Shown piece by piece: positions 55,495-64,000 of a DNA stretch of 64,000 bases. The first letter of the stretch is position 1. The number at the start of each line of letters is the position of its first letter. The translations under genes were made by a program, and so were the position numbers. The stretch comes from an uncultured Actinomycetes bacterium. GTDB taxonomy: Bacteria > Actinomycetota > Thermoleophilia > Solirubrobacterales > Solirubrobacteraceae. Location of the stretch: the NCBI GenBank assembly GCA_963742125.1, contig CAVUKO010000009.1:87328-151327 (forward strand), read 5' to 3'. The notes below the pieces were generated by a model. That model was not told where the DNA came from. It did no database searches and was given only the letters and a program-made list of their open reading frames with translations.

Positions 55495-56833
55495 CTACGA
55501 GGGCGGAGGCGGCCACGGAGGCGGTCTGAGCCGCGTGCGCCTGCTGGCGCCGCTGCGCCATCGCGACTTCCGCCTGCTGTGGAGCGGGATGTGCGTCTCG
55601 CTGCTGGGCGACGGCATCTTCCTCGTGGCGATGGCGTGGCAGGTCTACGCGCTGTCCAACGCGCCGACGGCCCTGGCGCTCGTCGGGATCACGATGACGG
55701 TCCCCACGATCGCCTTCCTGCTCCTGGGCGGGGTGGTCAGCGACCGCTTCGACCGCCGGCGCGTCATGGTCGCCGCCGACGTCCTGCGCGGCCTCGCCGT
55801 CGGCCTCTTGGCGCTGCTCTCGCTCACCGGTGCCCTGGAGCTCTGGCACATCGCGGCCCTCGCGGCGGTGTACGGCGCGGGCACGGCGTTCTTCAGCCCT
55901 TCCTTCGATGCCCTGGTGCCCGAGGTCCTGCCCGCCGCCGACCTCCCGCAGGCCAATGCGCTCGACCAGTTCGTGCGGCCGATCGCGCTGCGCCTGGCGG
56001 GGCCGGCGCTGGGCGGCGTGCTCATCGAGCTGTTCGGGGCGGGCACGGCGTTCGCGCTCGACGCGGCATCGTTCGTCATCTCGGCGGTCGCACTGCTGGC
56101 CATGGCTCCGTCCGCGCGCCGCGCCGCGCCGGCGGTGCGGGGCAGCGTCACGCGCGACATGCGCGAGGGCCTGCGCTACGTCCGCAGCCACGTGTGGCTC
56201 TGGGCGACGTTCGCCAGCGCGGCGATCGCCTACCTGCTCTTCATGGGCCCGGCGGAGGTGCTGCTGCCCTACATCGTCAAGAACGATCTGCACGGCAGCG
56301 CCGCCGACCTCGGGATCGTCTTCGCCGCCGGCGGCATCGGCTCGGTCGGCTGTGCGGTCGTCATTGGGCAGCGCGGGCTGCCGCGGCGCGACATCACCTT
56401 CATGTATCTGACGTGGACCTTCGCCACGCTGGCCGTCGCGGGCTACGGCCTCGCCTCCGCCGTGTGGCAGCTCATGCTGGCCAGCCTCGCCTTCAACGCC
56501 CTGGAGACGGCGGGCACGATCGTGTGGGCGACGGCCAAGCAGCGCCACGTCCCGGCCGCGCTGCTCGGCCGCGTCTCGAGCCTCGACTGGCTCATCTCGA
56601 TCGGCCTGCTGCCGCTGTCCTTCGCCCTCACCGGTCCGGTCAGCGGAGCGATCGGCGCGCAGAACACGTTGATCGTCGCCGGCCTCGTGGGCGCCGTCGT
56701 CACCTTCTCCGCGCTCCTTCTACCCGGGATGCGCGAGGTCGAGGGTCGCGAAGGCCCCGCGGCCGATGTCGAGCCGGCCGCGGAGCCTGCATTCGCCGCG
56801 CGTCAGCTGGCCACGCCGATGCCCGCGAAATAG
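55484..56833 (+). CDS. MFS transporter
   Basis: About 12 TM segments and LRHRDFRLLW (EntS-like N-terminus). The start may be GTG near 55534. Confidence 0.85.
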   Translation: MHLSYEGGGGHGGGLSRVRLLAPLRHRDFRLLWSGMCVSLLGDGIFLVAMAWQVYALSNAPTALALVGITMTVPTIAFLLLGGVVSDRFDRRRVMVAADVLRGLAVGLLALLSLTGALELWHIAALAAVYGAGTAFFSPSFDALVPEVLPAADLPQANALDQFVRPIALRLAGPALGGVLIELFGAGTAFALDAASFVISAVALLAMAPSARRAAPAVRGSVTRDMREGLRYVRSHVWLWATFASAAIAYLLFMGPAEVLLPYIVKNDLHGSAADLGIVFAAGGIGSVGCAVVIGQRGLPRRDITFMYLTWTFATLAVAGYGLASAVWQLMLASLAFNALETAGTIVWATAKQRHVPAALLGRVSSLDWLISIGLLPLSFALTGPVSGAIGAQNTLIVAGLVGAVVTFSALLLPGMREVEGREGPAADVEPAAEPAFAARQLATPMPAK

Positions 56834-58179
56834 CGCTTGAACGTCGGCGCGTCGATCGCAAAGACGCCGTCGACCGCGTCGAGCTCGATCGAGCGCCAGA
56901 AGCTGACGTCGCGCATCGCCACGGTGCCGTTCAGGTTCCCGGTCGTGGCCTCGAAGTACCCCCAGGGGTTGCGCAGGACGATGTAGTCCTGGCTGAGCAC
57001 GTGCCAGTGCTCGAGCTGGGCGAACCGGGCCAGCGCGGTGCCATGGACCCACCCCAGGACCGAGTAGGCGTGGCTGGCGGCCAGATTGGCATCGCCGTAG
57101 GAGACCTTGTCCGGCGAGGCATCGCCGGACGGGTACGTCCATGCCGTCATCGGGTTGACCGTGCGATTGTTGACCGAGTTGGCCTTGACGAGGTTGATGA
57201 GGTCGCTGGCCGCGGCGGGCGCCGTCCCCGTGTAGTGCGGCTTGCGGCCCGTCAGCGCCGCGGATGCCCAGCACGGGTCGCCGCCGTTGAGCACCGTGAG
57301 GTTCGGATGGTCGCTCGTGACGTTCCCGCGCCACATCGCGAAGGCCTTCTCGACGAGCGCCGGCCAGATCTCGCCCGCCTCGCTCGAGTGGCCGTAGAGC
57401 GGCGAGGTGCTGCCGCTCCACACGAGCGTCTCGTCGGTCGCCTCGAACTCCACCGGGACGCCGGTGGCGGGGTCGACGAACCGGAAGAGGTTCGTGAACT
57501 GCTCGTTCGGGGTTCCCGTCGCCCGCGAGCGTTCGGCGATGGAATAGGGCATGGCCCACGCCACCGAGGACATCGCGGCGATGAGCCAGCAATCCCCCAG
57601 GGCGCCCTGGACGGGATCGAAGAACTCCGCGGCCTCCTTGAAGAAGGTGCCGGTATCGACCCAGGAGGCGCCCGGGGGCGTCCACCCGGTGTCGATCAGC
57701 CGCAGTTCGATCATGCGCTTGATCACGGTGTCGGAGAAGATCCGCTCGAGCGTCGCCGTGCGCTGCTTCGGCCCTTCGCCGACCTCGATCGTGTAGCCCC
57801 CGGCGCGCGACGCCGTGAGCACCCGGACGGGCAGCTGGCCGACGTCGTCGCCGACGATCCGCCCGAGATCCGCGAGCGTGGTGATCTCGCGCACATCGAG
57901 CTCGGGGAACCGATCGAGATCGCTCTCGGTGCCCGAGCCGTTCGCCCCGTTCGCGCCGTGCGGCTCGGCCGCGGTCATCTGCAGGTCGGCGTCGAGGCCG
58001 AAGCCGAGATAGACCGGTGAGCCGTGCTTGGGGTCGAAGAGCTGCTCGTAGGGCGTATGCAGGACGTCCTCCACGAACGCCCGCCGATCCTCGATCGCCG
58101 ACCAGTCCACCGGTCGTCCGAGAACGGCCTCTGCGAGCGCGTACGGGTTGCGGGCGGTCACCAAAGGTGCTTCCGGCAT
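56803..58179 (-). CDS. calpain-like (peptidase C2 family) cysteine protease with uncharacterised N-terminal region
   Basis: QGALGDCWLIAA (catalytic Cys), SHAYSVLG (His) and VLRNPWG (Asn). Confidence 0.8.
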   Translation of the reverse strand: MPEAPLVTARNPYALAEAVLGRPVDWSAIEDRRAFVEDVLHTPYEQLFDPKHGSPVYLGFGLDADLQMTAAEPHGANGANGSGTESDLDRFPELDVREITTLADLGRIVGDDVGQLPVRVLTASRAGGYTIEVGEGPKQRTATLERIFSDTVIKRMIELRLIDTGWTPPGASWVDTGTFFKEAAEFFDPVQGALGDCWLIAAMSSVAWAMPYSIAERSRATGTPNEQFTNLFRFVDPATGVPVEFEATDETLVWSGSTSPLYGHSSEAGEIWPALVEKAFAMWRGNVTSDHPNLTVLNGGDPCWASAALTGRKPHYTGTAPAAASDLINLVKANSVNNRTVNPMTAWTYPSGDASPDKVSYGDANLAASHAYSVLGWVHGTALARFAQLEHWHVLSQDYIVLRNPWGYFEATTGNLNGTVAMRDVSFWRSIELDAVDGVFAIDAPTFKRYFAGIGVAS

Positions 58180-58274
58180 GTCTTTCCCCTGTCTGGAGAT
58201 CGGCGCCCGTCAGGGCCGGCGATCATCGTGTTCCGTGGGGATTAGGAGGACACCGCGCGGCGCCGTGATACGAC

Positions 58275-58385
58275 TCAGAAGAGCGCGCGCCCGACGAGCA
58301 CGAGGACGACGATCGCCGCCGCCACGGCGACGACCCAGATCAGCGTCCGAAACGCCTCGTCCTCGGAGCGCAGGGGGTTGAGCAC
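58275..58385 (-). CDS. hypothetical 36-aa single-TM peptide coupled to ctaE (possible small oxidase subunit)
   Basis: GTG 58385 overlaps the ctaE stop by 1 nt. Product: VLNPLRSEDEAFRTLIWVVAVAAAIVVLVLVGRALF. Confidence 0.35.
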   Translation of the reverse strand: MLNPLRSEDEAFRTLIWVVAVAAAIVVLVLVGRALF

Positions 58386-58996
58386 TAGAGGACGTAGACC
58401 GAGGTGTAGACGACCACCCACATGACGTCGACGAAGTGCCAGTAGATGCCGGGCACCTCGACGCCGCGGTGCTCCTCGGGCGAGTAGTGGCCGCGGAACG
58501 AGCGCACGACGACCATGGCCAGCAGCGTCAGGCCGACGAAGACGTGCGCGCCGTGCAGGCCGGTGAGGCCGTAGAAGACCGAGGCCTGCGCGAAGTCGTG
58601 CGGGGCGAAGCCGATGTGGGCGTACTCGTTGATCTGGACGAAGAGGAACGTGCAGCCCAGCAGGAAGGTCGAGAGGATGCCCGCCTTCAGCCCGAAGCGG
58701 TTGCCGTTCTTGATCGACGTCTCCGCCCAGTGCATGGTGACCGAGGACGACAGCAGGATCGCCGTGTTGACGCCCGCCACGGCCACCGGGAGCTCGTGGC
58801 CCTGGTACGGGAACCACTGGTCGCCGGCCACGACGCGGATGAAGAAGTACGCCGTGAAGAAGGCCCCGAAGACCATGACCTCGGAGACGATGAACAGCAG
58901 CATCCCGAGGAGCTGGGTCTCGACGCGCGACGAGCGGTTCGCCGGCGGCGGCCCGTGGTGCTCGTGCTCGCCGTGGGCGATCGAGGCGGCTTCCAT
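58385..58996 (-). CDS. ctaE: cytochrome c oxidase subunit III
   Basis: 203 aa with five TM segments and FYGLTGLHGAHVFVG / YWHFVDVMWV motifs. Confidence 0.9.
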   Translation of the reverse strand: MEAASIAHGEHEHHGPPPANRSSRVETQLLGMLLFIVSEVMVFGAFFTAYFFIRVVAGDQWFPYQGHELPVAVAGVNTAILLSSSVTMHWAETSIKNGNRFGLKAGILSTFLLGCTFLFVQINEYAHIGFAPHDFAQASVFYGLTGLHGAHVFVGLTLLAMVVVRSFRGHYSPEEHRGVEVPGIYWHFVDVMWVVVYTSVYVL

Positions 58997-59004
58997 GACG
59001 CTCC

Positions 59005-59841
59005 TTACGCGACGGCCTCGGCCGCGTCGGTGGACTCGACGTGCTCGACCGGCTTGTTGGAGGCGCGCTTGACGCGCTCGACGAGGTCCGCGCGCATCCA
59101 GCCCGATCGGGTCGCCGGCAAGGTGGAGATGACGATGTCGTCCACCCGGAAGAACTGCAGCGCGTTCATGACCGCGTTATAGGGGTCGGGGTCGGCGATC
59201 ATGCCGGCGCAGATCAGGTCGGCGGCGCGTGCGCGGTCGATGACCTGGGTCAGGCGGGCGCGCGCCTGACGGGCGGCGACGCCTTGGCCGCCCTCCTGGG
59301 GCACGACGAAGATGAAGACGTGGCGCTCCAGGTCGGACGTGCGGGCCTTGAGGGCTTCGAGCAGGGCGGGCGAGGAGGCGGTGCGGTTGGCGACCGCGAG
59401 GGTGACGCCGAAGGGCAGGCCCTCCTGGTCGAGGTCGACCGTCACGTGCTCGACCGGCAGCGAGGTCGCCTCCGCGATGCGCTCGATGAGGTCGCGCCGC
59501 AGCCAACCCGACGACGCCGCCGGGTAGGTCGAGATGACGATCTCGTCGGGGTGGTGCTCGGCGATCGCGTCCATGGTGGCGGTGTAGGGATCGGGGTCGC
59601 CGACCTCGCCGATGGCCTCGATGCCCTCCTCGCGGAAGATCTTGCGCGCGAGGTCGATCCGCACCTGCGCGGCGTCGAACACGGCCTCGTCGTAGATGAT
59701 GTTGCCCTGGCGCGGGTTCGTGCGCGGGACGCAGACGACGACACGCGCGTCGTCGTCGCCGGCCACCTTCTCCTTGATCCTGGCCAGCAGCCCGGCCCCG
59801 CCGAGGGTCTCGTTCGCCACTACGAGGATGGTCTTGGCCAC
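59005..59841 (-). CDS. hypothetical protein made of two homologous ~135-aa halves, embedded in the cta operon
   Basis: The halves align clearly (ILVVANETL / TLAVANRTA; DPDPYTATMDAI...DEIVISTYPAASSGWLRRDLIERI / DPDPYNAVMNAL...DDIVISTLPATRSGWMRADLVERV). Possibly a USP/AANH-like fold; that is a guess. Confidence 0.7.
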   Translation of the reverse strand: MAKTILVVANETLGGAGLLARIKEKVAGDDDARVVVCVPRTNPRQGNIIYDEAVFDAAQVRIDLARKIFREEGIEAIGEVGDPDPYTATMDAIAEHHPDEIVISTYPAASSGWLRRDLIERIAEATSLPVEHVTVDLDQEGLPFGVTLAVANRTASSPALLEALKARTSDLERHVFIFVVPQEGGQGVAARQARARLTQVIDRARAADLICAGMIADPDPYNAVMNALQFFRVDDIVISTLPATRSGWMRADLVERVKRASNKPVEHVESTDAAEAVA

Positions 59842-59850
59842 GTGCGCCTC

Positions 59851-61743
59851 CTACTCGGCCGTGGTCGTCGCGTGGGCGCCCGCCGGAGCGGGGACCTCAG
59901 CGCCCTTGAAGACACCGTGGACGGCGCCCGGGACGCCGTACTCGTAAGGCCCGCCGACGACCGTCGGGATCGCGTCGAAGTTGAAGATCGGGGGCGGCGA
60001 GGAGACCTGCCACTCCAGCGTGAGGGCGCGCCACGGGTTGGCGACGGCCCGCGGCCCGCCACGCCACGAGGCGACCATGTTGTAGGCGAAGACGAGCGTG
60101 CTCAGTCCGAGGATGAAGGCGCAGATCGAGATGATCAGGTTCCAGGTGGCGAACTTGTCGGCGTAGTCGTAGACGCGCCGCGGCATGCCCTGCACGCCGA
60201 TGATGTGCATCGGCCCGAAGGTCAGGTTGAAGAAGACGAAGGTCAGCCAGAAGTGCAGGCGCCCGAGGCGCTCGTCGTACATCCGCCCCGTCATCTTGGG
60301 GAACCAGTAGTAGACCCCGGCGAAGATCGTGAACAGCGATCCGCCGAAGAGCACGTAGTGGATGTGGGCGACGATGAAGTAGGTGTCGCTGACGTGGATC
60401 GTGAGCGGGATCATCGCCAGCATCACGCCCGAGATCCCGCCGCAGGTGAACATCGTCAGGAAGCCCAGGGCGAAGAGCATCGGCGTGTCGAGGTGCAGGA
60501 CGCCGCGCCACAGCGTCGCCAGCCACGAGAAGATCTTGATCCCGGTCGGGATGGCGATGATCGCGGTGGTGACCATCATCGGCACGCGGATCCACGGCTG
60601 CATGCCCGACACGAACATGTGGTGGGCCCACACGGTGAAGCCCAGCACGACGATGGCCAGCAGCGAGAAGGCCATCATCCGGTAGCCGAAGATCGGCTTT
60701 CGGGCCTTGACCGCGAGGATCTCGCTGATGATCCCGAAGCCCGGCAGCATCATGATGTAGACGGCCGGGTGCGAGTAGAACCAGAAGACGTGCTGGTACA
60801 TGAGCACGTCGCCGCCCTGGACGGGGTCGAAGAAGTTGAAGCCCAGGGTCCGGTCGAGCAGGACGAAGAACTGCGAGGCGGCGATGAAGGGCGTGGCGAT
60901 GACGACCAGCAGCGAGGTCGAGAAGTTCGCCCACACCAGCAGCGGCATGCGGAAGAACGACATCCCCGGCGCGCGCATGGTGATGATCGTGACCAGGAAG
61001 TTCAGCGCCGTGGCGATCGATGACGCGCCCGCGAACTGCACCCCGATGGTGAAGAACTCCTGGCCGATCGGCGCCGAGGTGCTCAGCGGCGCGTAGGCGG
61101 TCCATCCGCTGGCGAACGAGCCCCCGGGGGCCGCGAAGGAGAGCAGCATCATCGTGCCGGCCAGCGGCAGCATCCAGAACGACAGCGCGTTCAGGCGCGG
61201 GAAGGCCATGTCCGGCGCGCCGATCATCAGCGGCAGCACGAAGTTCGCCAGCCCGGCGAAGACCGGGATGACGAAGAGGAAGATCAGCAGCGACGCGTGG
61301 ACGCTGAAGAGCCCGTTGAAGGTGTTGGCGTCGACGAACTGGCGGCCCGGCGCGGCGAGCTCGGCGCGCATCAGCATCGCCAGCAGCCCGCCCACGAAGA
61401 GGAAGAAGAACGAGGTGACGACGTACTGGATGCCGATCACCTTGTGGTCGGTGTTGACGCGGAAGTAGTCCTTCCACGAGTGCGCGCCGTGGCCGGAGTG
61501 GTCCTCGGGGCGCGTCGGGCGCCCTGCGGCCCAGTAGAACCAGTAGTCGAAGCAGCCCAGGCCGACGAGGAAGAACAGCGGCGTCGCGAGCAGCGCGGTT
61601 GCGAGCACCGCCTCGCCGTCGAGCAGCGGCTCGTAGCCGAACAGCGCTCGCAGCCCGATCGTGATGGCGTAGGAGAAGACCACGCCGCCGACCGTGTAGG
61701 CCAGGGCGCGCCACCAGCCGGCTGCGCGCAGGGCTACGGGCAT
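59851..61743 (-). CDS. ctaD: cytochrome c oxidase subunit I
   Basis: WFYSHPAVYIMMLPGFG and HHMF motifs, 630 aa. Confidence 0.95.
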   Translation of the reverse strand: MPVALRAAGWWRALAYTVGGVVFSYAITIGLRALFGYEPLLDGEAVLATALLATPLFFLVGLGCFDYWFYWAAGRPTRPEDHSGHGAHSWKDYFRVNTDHKVIGIQYVVTSFFFLFVGGLLAMLMRAELAAPGRQFVDANTFNGLFSVHASLLIFLFVIPVFAGLANFVLPLMIGAPDMAFPRLNALSFWMLPLAGTMMLLSFAAPGGSFASGWTAYAPLSTSAPIGQEFFTIGVQFAGASSIATALNFLVTIITMRAPGMSFFRMPLLVWANFSTSLLVVIATPFIAASQFFVLLDRTLGFNFFDPVQGGDVLMYQHVFWFYSHPAVYIMMLPGFGIISEILAVKARKPIFGYRMMAFSLLAIVVLGFTVWAHHMFVSGMQPWIRVPMMVTTAIIAIPTGIKIFSWLATLWRGVLHLDTPMLFALGFLTMFTCGGISGVMLAMIPLTIHVSDTYFIVAHIHYVLFGGSLFTIFAGVYYWFPKMTGRMYDERLGRLHFWLTFVFFNLTFGPMHIIGVQGMPRRVYDYADKFATWNLIISICAFILGLSTLVFAYNMVASWRGGPRAVANPWRALTLEWQVSSPPPIFNFDAIPTVVGGPYEYGVPGAVHGVFKGAEVPAPAGAHATTTAE

Positions 61744-61756
61744 CAGGGGCGAGACC

Positions 61757-62842
61757 TCACTTGTTGGTCACCTCGGACAGGTACTTGACGAGCGCGTCGA
61801 CCTGCTCCGCTGACAGCGTATCGCCGAAGTTCGAGGGCATGACCCCGGCCTGGAAACCGGGCGCGATCTCCTTGTCGGGCTGCTCGATCGACTCCTTGAT
61901 GAAGGCCGCGTCCTTGCCCTTGAGCACCTTGTCGAGGTCCGGCCCGACCTGGCCCTTGGCGCCCGCGTCGGCGAGCGTGTGGCAGGTGGCGCAGGCCGTG
62001 GCGCCGGTGTCGGCGTCGCCGTCGGTGAAGAGCGCCTTGGCGTCCACGGCGGCTCCGCCGCCTCCGCCGCCCCCGCCTGCGGCCGGGCGGGTGGTCATCT
62101 TCTGCACCCACTTGTCGAAGTCGGCCTGGGAGAGGATGTGCGCGGTCTGGCGCATGAAGGCGTGGCCCAGCCCGCAGAGCTCGGCGCAGACGATCGCGTG
62201 GTCGCCGATCGCTGCGGGGTTCTTCGGCGTGACCCGGTAGTGCGTCGTGATCCCGGGCACCGCGTCGATCTTCATGCGGAAGTCCGGAACCCAGAAGTCG
62301 TGGATGACGTCCTTGGACCTGACGTCGAACTTCACCGACTTGCCCGCCGGCAGATAGAGCTGGGCCGTGGAGAACTTCTTGCCGCCCTCGTTGTAGGCGA
62401 AGGTCCAGGTGAACTGCTGCCCGGTGACGGCGACGACGCGCTCGTTGCCGGCCGCGGGCGCCTCTTCGATGTCGCGCATGACCACGTAGGCGTAGGTCAC
62501 GAGGCCGACGATGAGGATCGCCGGGACGGCGGTCCAGATGACCTCGAGCCTGGTGTTGCCGTGGATCGGCGGCCCGTCGAGGTTCTCCTCGCCGGGGCGC
62601 ATGCGGAACTCGAGGATCGAGAAGCCCACGATCACCGTGACGAGCACGAAGACGGGCACCGTCGCGATGATCAGGACGTCCCAGAGCGTGTCGATCTTGT
62701 CCGCCTGCGTCGAGTCGGCAGGCGGGAACCAATGGATGCTCAGGCCGATCGCGATCCCCACCGCAGAGGCGATGACGCCGACGATGACCATCTGCTGGAC
62801 GGTGCGCTTGCGCTCGCGCCGCGGCGTGCTGTCCTCCGGCAT
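61757..62842 (-). CDS. ctaC: cytochrome c oxidase subunit II with fused C-terminal cytochrome c (caa3 type)
   Basis: CuA motif CAELCGLGHAFM and C-terminal heme motif CATCH. Confidence 0.9.
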   Translation of the reverse strand: MPEDSTPRRERKRTVQQMVIVGVIASAVGIAIGLSIHWFPPADSTQADKIDTLWDVLIIATVPVFVLVTVIVGFSILEFRMRPGEENLDGPPIHGNTRLEVIWTAVPAILIVGLVTYAYVVMRDIEEAPAAGNERVVAVTGQQFTWTFAYNEGGKKFSTAQLYLPAGKSVKFDVRSKDVIHDFWVPDFRMKIDAVPGITTHYRVTPKNPAAIGDHAIVCAELCGLGHAFMRQTAHILSQADFDKWVQKMTTRPAAGGGGGGGGAAVDAKALFTDGDADTGATACATCHTLADAGAKGQVGPDLDKVLKGKDAAFIKESIEQPDKEIAPGFQAGVMPSNFGDTLSAEQVDALVKYLSEVTNK

Positions 62843-62923
62843 GCCCGCGGCATCCTATGGGTCGTCCGCGACAGAGCGCAACGACGTACGTTCCCCCGCT
62901 ACCCGGTGACGCCCGGCGGCGCG

Positions 62924-63316
62924 TCAGGCGGGCTGAGGGGCGATGCGCGCAGCGTCGCCGAAGCTCTCCATGGGCCCGCGCGACCGGTAGGCCGAGGGCG
63001 AGGAGCCATGGTGACGGCGGAAGGCCTTCGCGAACTGCGCGGGCTGGCGATAGCCCACCCGATGGGCGACCTCGCGCACGGTCTGCCCGCGGCTTCTGAG
63101 CATGTCGGCGGCGCGCTCCATGCGCACGCCCGTGAGGTGCTCGCGGAAGGTCGTGTTGCCGATCTCTGCGTAGGCGCGCTGGAGCTGGCGCCTGCTGGAG
63201 GCCACGCGCCGGGCGATGTCGTCGAGGCTGAGGTCCGACGCGAACTCGGCCTCGACGATCGAGGTGGCCTCCTCGAAGAGGCTGGTGCGGTGTCGGACTG
63301 TGGCGGCGCGTTGCAT
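62924..63316 (-). CDS. AraC/XylS-family transcriptional regulator (short, HTH-only, MarA/SoxS-like size)
   Basis: REVAHRVGYRQPAQFAKAFRRHHGSSPSAYR. I prefer ATG 63316 because the sequence upstream is lower in GC. Confidence 0.75.
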   Translation of the reverse strand: MQRAATVRHRTSLFEEATSIVEAEFASDLSLDDIARRVASSRRQLQRAYAEIGNTTFREHLTGVRMERAADMLRSRGQTVREVAHRVGYRQPAQFAKAFRRHHGSSPSAYRSRGPMESFGDAARIAPQPA

Positions 63317-63474
63317 GGTCAGAACTCTCTTGTTAAACGAGCCGTACCCGTCCCAGGATGAGGTGACCCGCATGAGTGCCCTCAATTTGGCGCGTGGGCG
63401 CTGGACACCATGTCAGAGGCTGATAGATTGAGCCAATCGTTGCAAGCTAGGCCTCGAGGAGGCGGCAAACGAGC

Positions 63475-63897
63475 ATGCAGGTACGTGACGGCATGACCAA
63501 GGTGGTCCTGACCGTGGGGCCCGGCCACACGCTCCGCGAGGCGGCGCGACTCATGGCCGACCGCCGCGTCGGCGCCGCCGTGGTGCTCGATCCTGAGAGC
63601 CCCGGGCCCGGCATCCTCACCGAGCGCGACCTGCTCGACTCGATCGGCCTGGGGCAGGATCCGGACAGCGAGCGCGTGTCGGACCACCTGACCTCCGACA
63701 TCGTCTTCGCCGCCCCCGACTGGTCGCTGGAGGAGGCCGCGGTCGCGATGGTCCGCGGCGGCTTCCGCCACCTCGTCGTCACCACCGGCGGCGACGTCGC
63801 CGGCCTGCTCTCCATGCGCGACATCGTGCGCTGCTGGACCGACGACGGGGCGATCTGCGAAGTGCCGGCCAGCGCCCCGTTCGGCGCGGCTGCGTAG
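63475..63897 (+). CDS. CBS domain pair protein
   Basis: 140 aa with two CBS repeats (VVLTV...AARLM...VGAAVV; IVFAAP...A...M...FRHLVV). Confidence 0.8.
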   Translation: MQVRDGMTKVVLTVGPGHTLREAARLMADRRVGAAVVLDPESPGPGILTERDLLDSIGLGQDPDSERVSDHLTSDIVFAAPDWSLEEAAVAMVRGGFRHLVVTTGGDVAGLLSMRDIVRCWTDDGAICEVPASAPFGAAA

Positions 63898-64000
63898 CCG
63901 TTCGTCTCGCGTCCGTCGCCGTCGGCGGCGGTGCGCGGCCAACAACTGCTCATCGAGGGAAGGAGTGAGCGGCGGCCGGGGCGCCTGCGGCTCCGCGATG
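63898..64000. repeat. intergenic repeat, copy 2 (truncated by window end)
   Basis: 63946-63997 aligns to 664-717 (46 of 54 columns). It starts immediately after the CBS stop, as copy 1 starts after the HDAC stop. Confidence 0.55.

Overview
This is a very GC-rich (roughly 70% or more by eye), gene-dense chromosomal segment. Gene content looks Actinomycetota-like, possibly Thermoleophilia or Rubrobacteria-like; that taxon call is inference only. Most long six-frame ORFs are antisense or out-of-frame GC artefacts, so I called genes from recognisable motifs, start context and stop/start coupling.

Content is mostly housekeeping:
- murI-rph-rdgB plus a CDF transporter
- hup-pyrF, a LysM protein, a D-Ala-D-Ala carboxypeptidase and pfkB
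- pgmB plus a GH65 phosphorylase
- a guaB3-like gene and guaA
- rplM-rpsI-glmM
- a minus-strand sugar operon (ROK regulator, ABC transporter, GH3) divergent from glmS
- acpS-nnr ... alr-cca
- pdxH
- a GGDEF/EAL protein
- a caa3-type ctaC-ctaD-X-ctaE oxidase operon

I found no rRNA, tRNA, CRISPR array, transposase, integrase or recognisable defence genes.

Main observations:
1. About ten single-nucleotide frameshifts interrupt otherwise well-conserved genes, including glmS and rph. pyrF also lacks a canonical start codon. Sequence error is more likely than decay.
2. A clear ydaO-type (c-di-AMP) riboswitch sits in front of an M23 peptidase.
3. glmS has a strongly structured, terminator-bearing leader that does not look like a glmS ribozyme.
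4. An intergenic repeat/structured-element family has one full copy at 624-965, a second copy cut by the window end at 63898-64000, and a related element filling the methyltransferase/acpS divergent region.
5. Several unusual proteins or gene placements occur: S9 with a long acidic repeat extension, an orphan Flp pilin, a calpain-like protease, an internally duplicated protein inside the cta operon, a 4-gene insertion between nnr and alr, and a cytochrome c-cupredoxin fusion.

I could not demonstrate a self-contained novel multi-gene system. The best candidates are listed with explicit tests.
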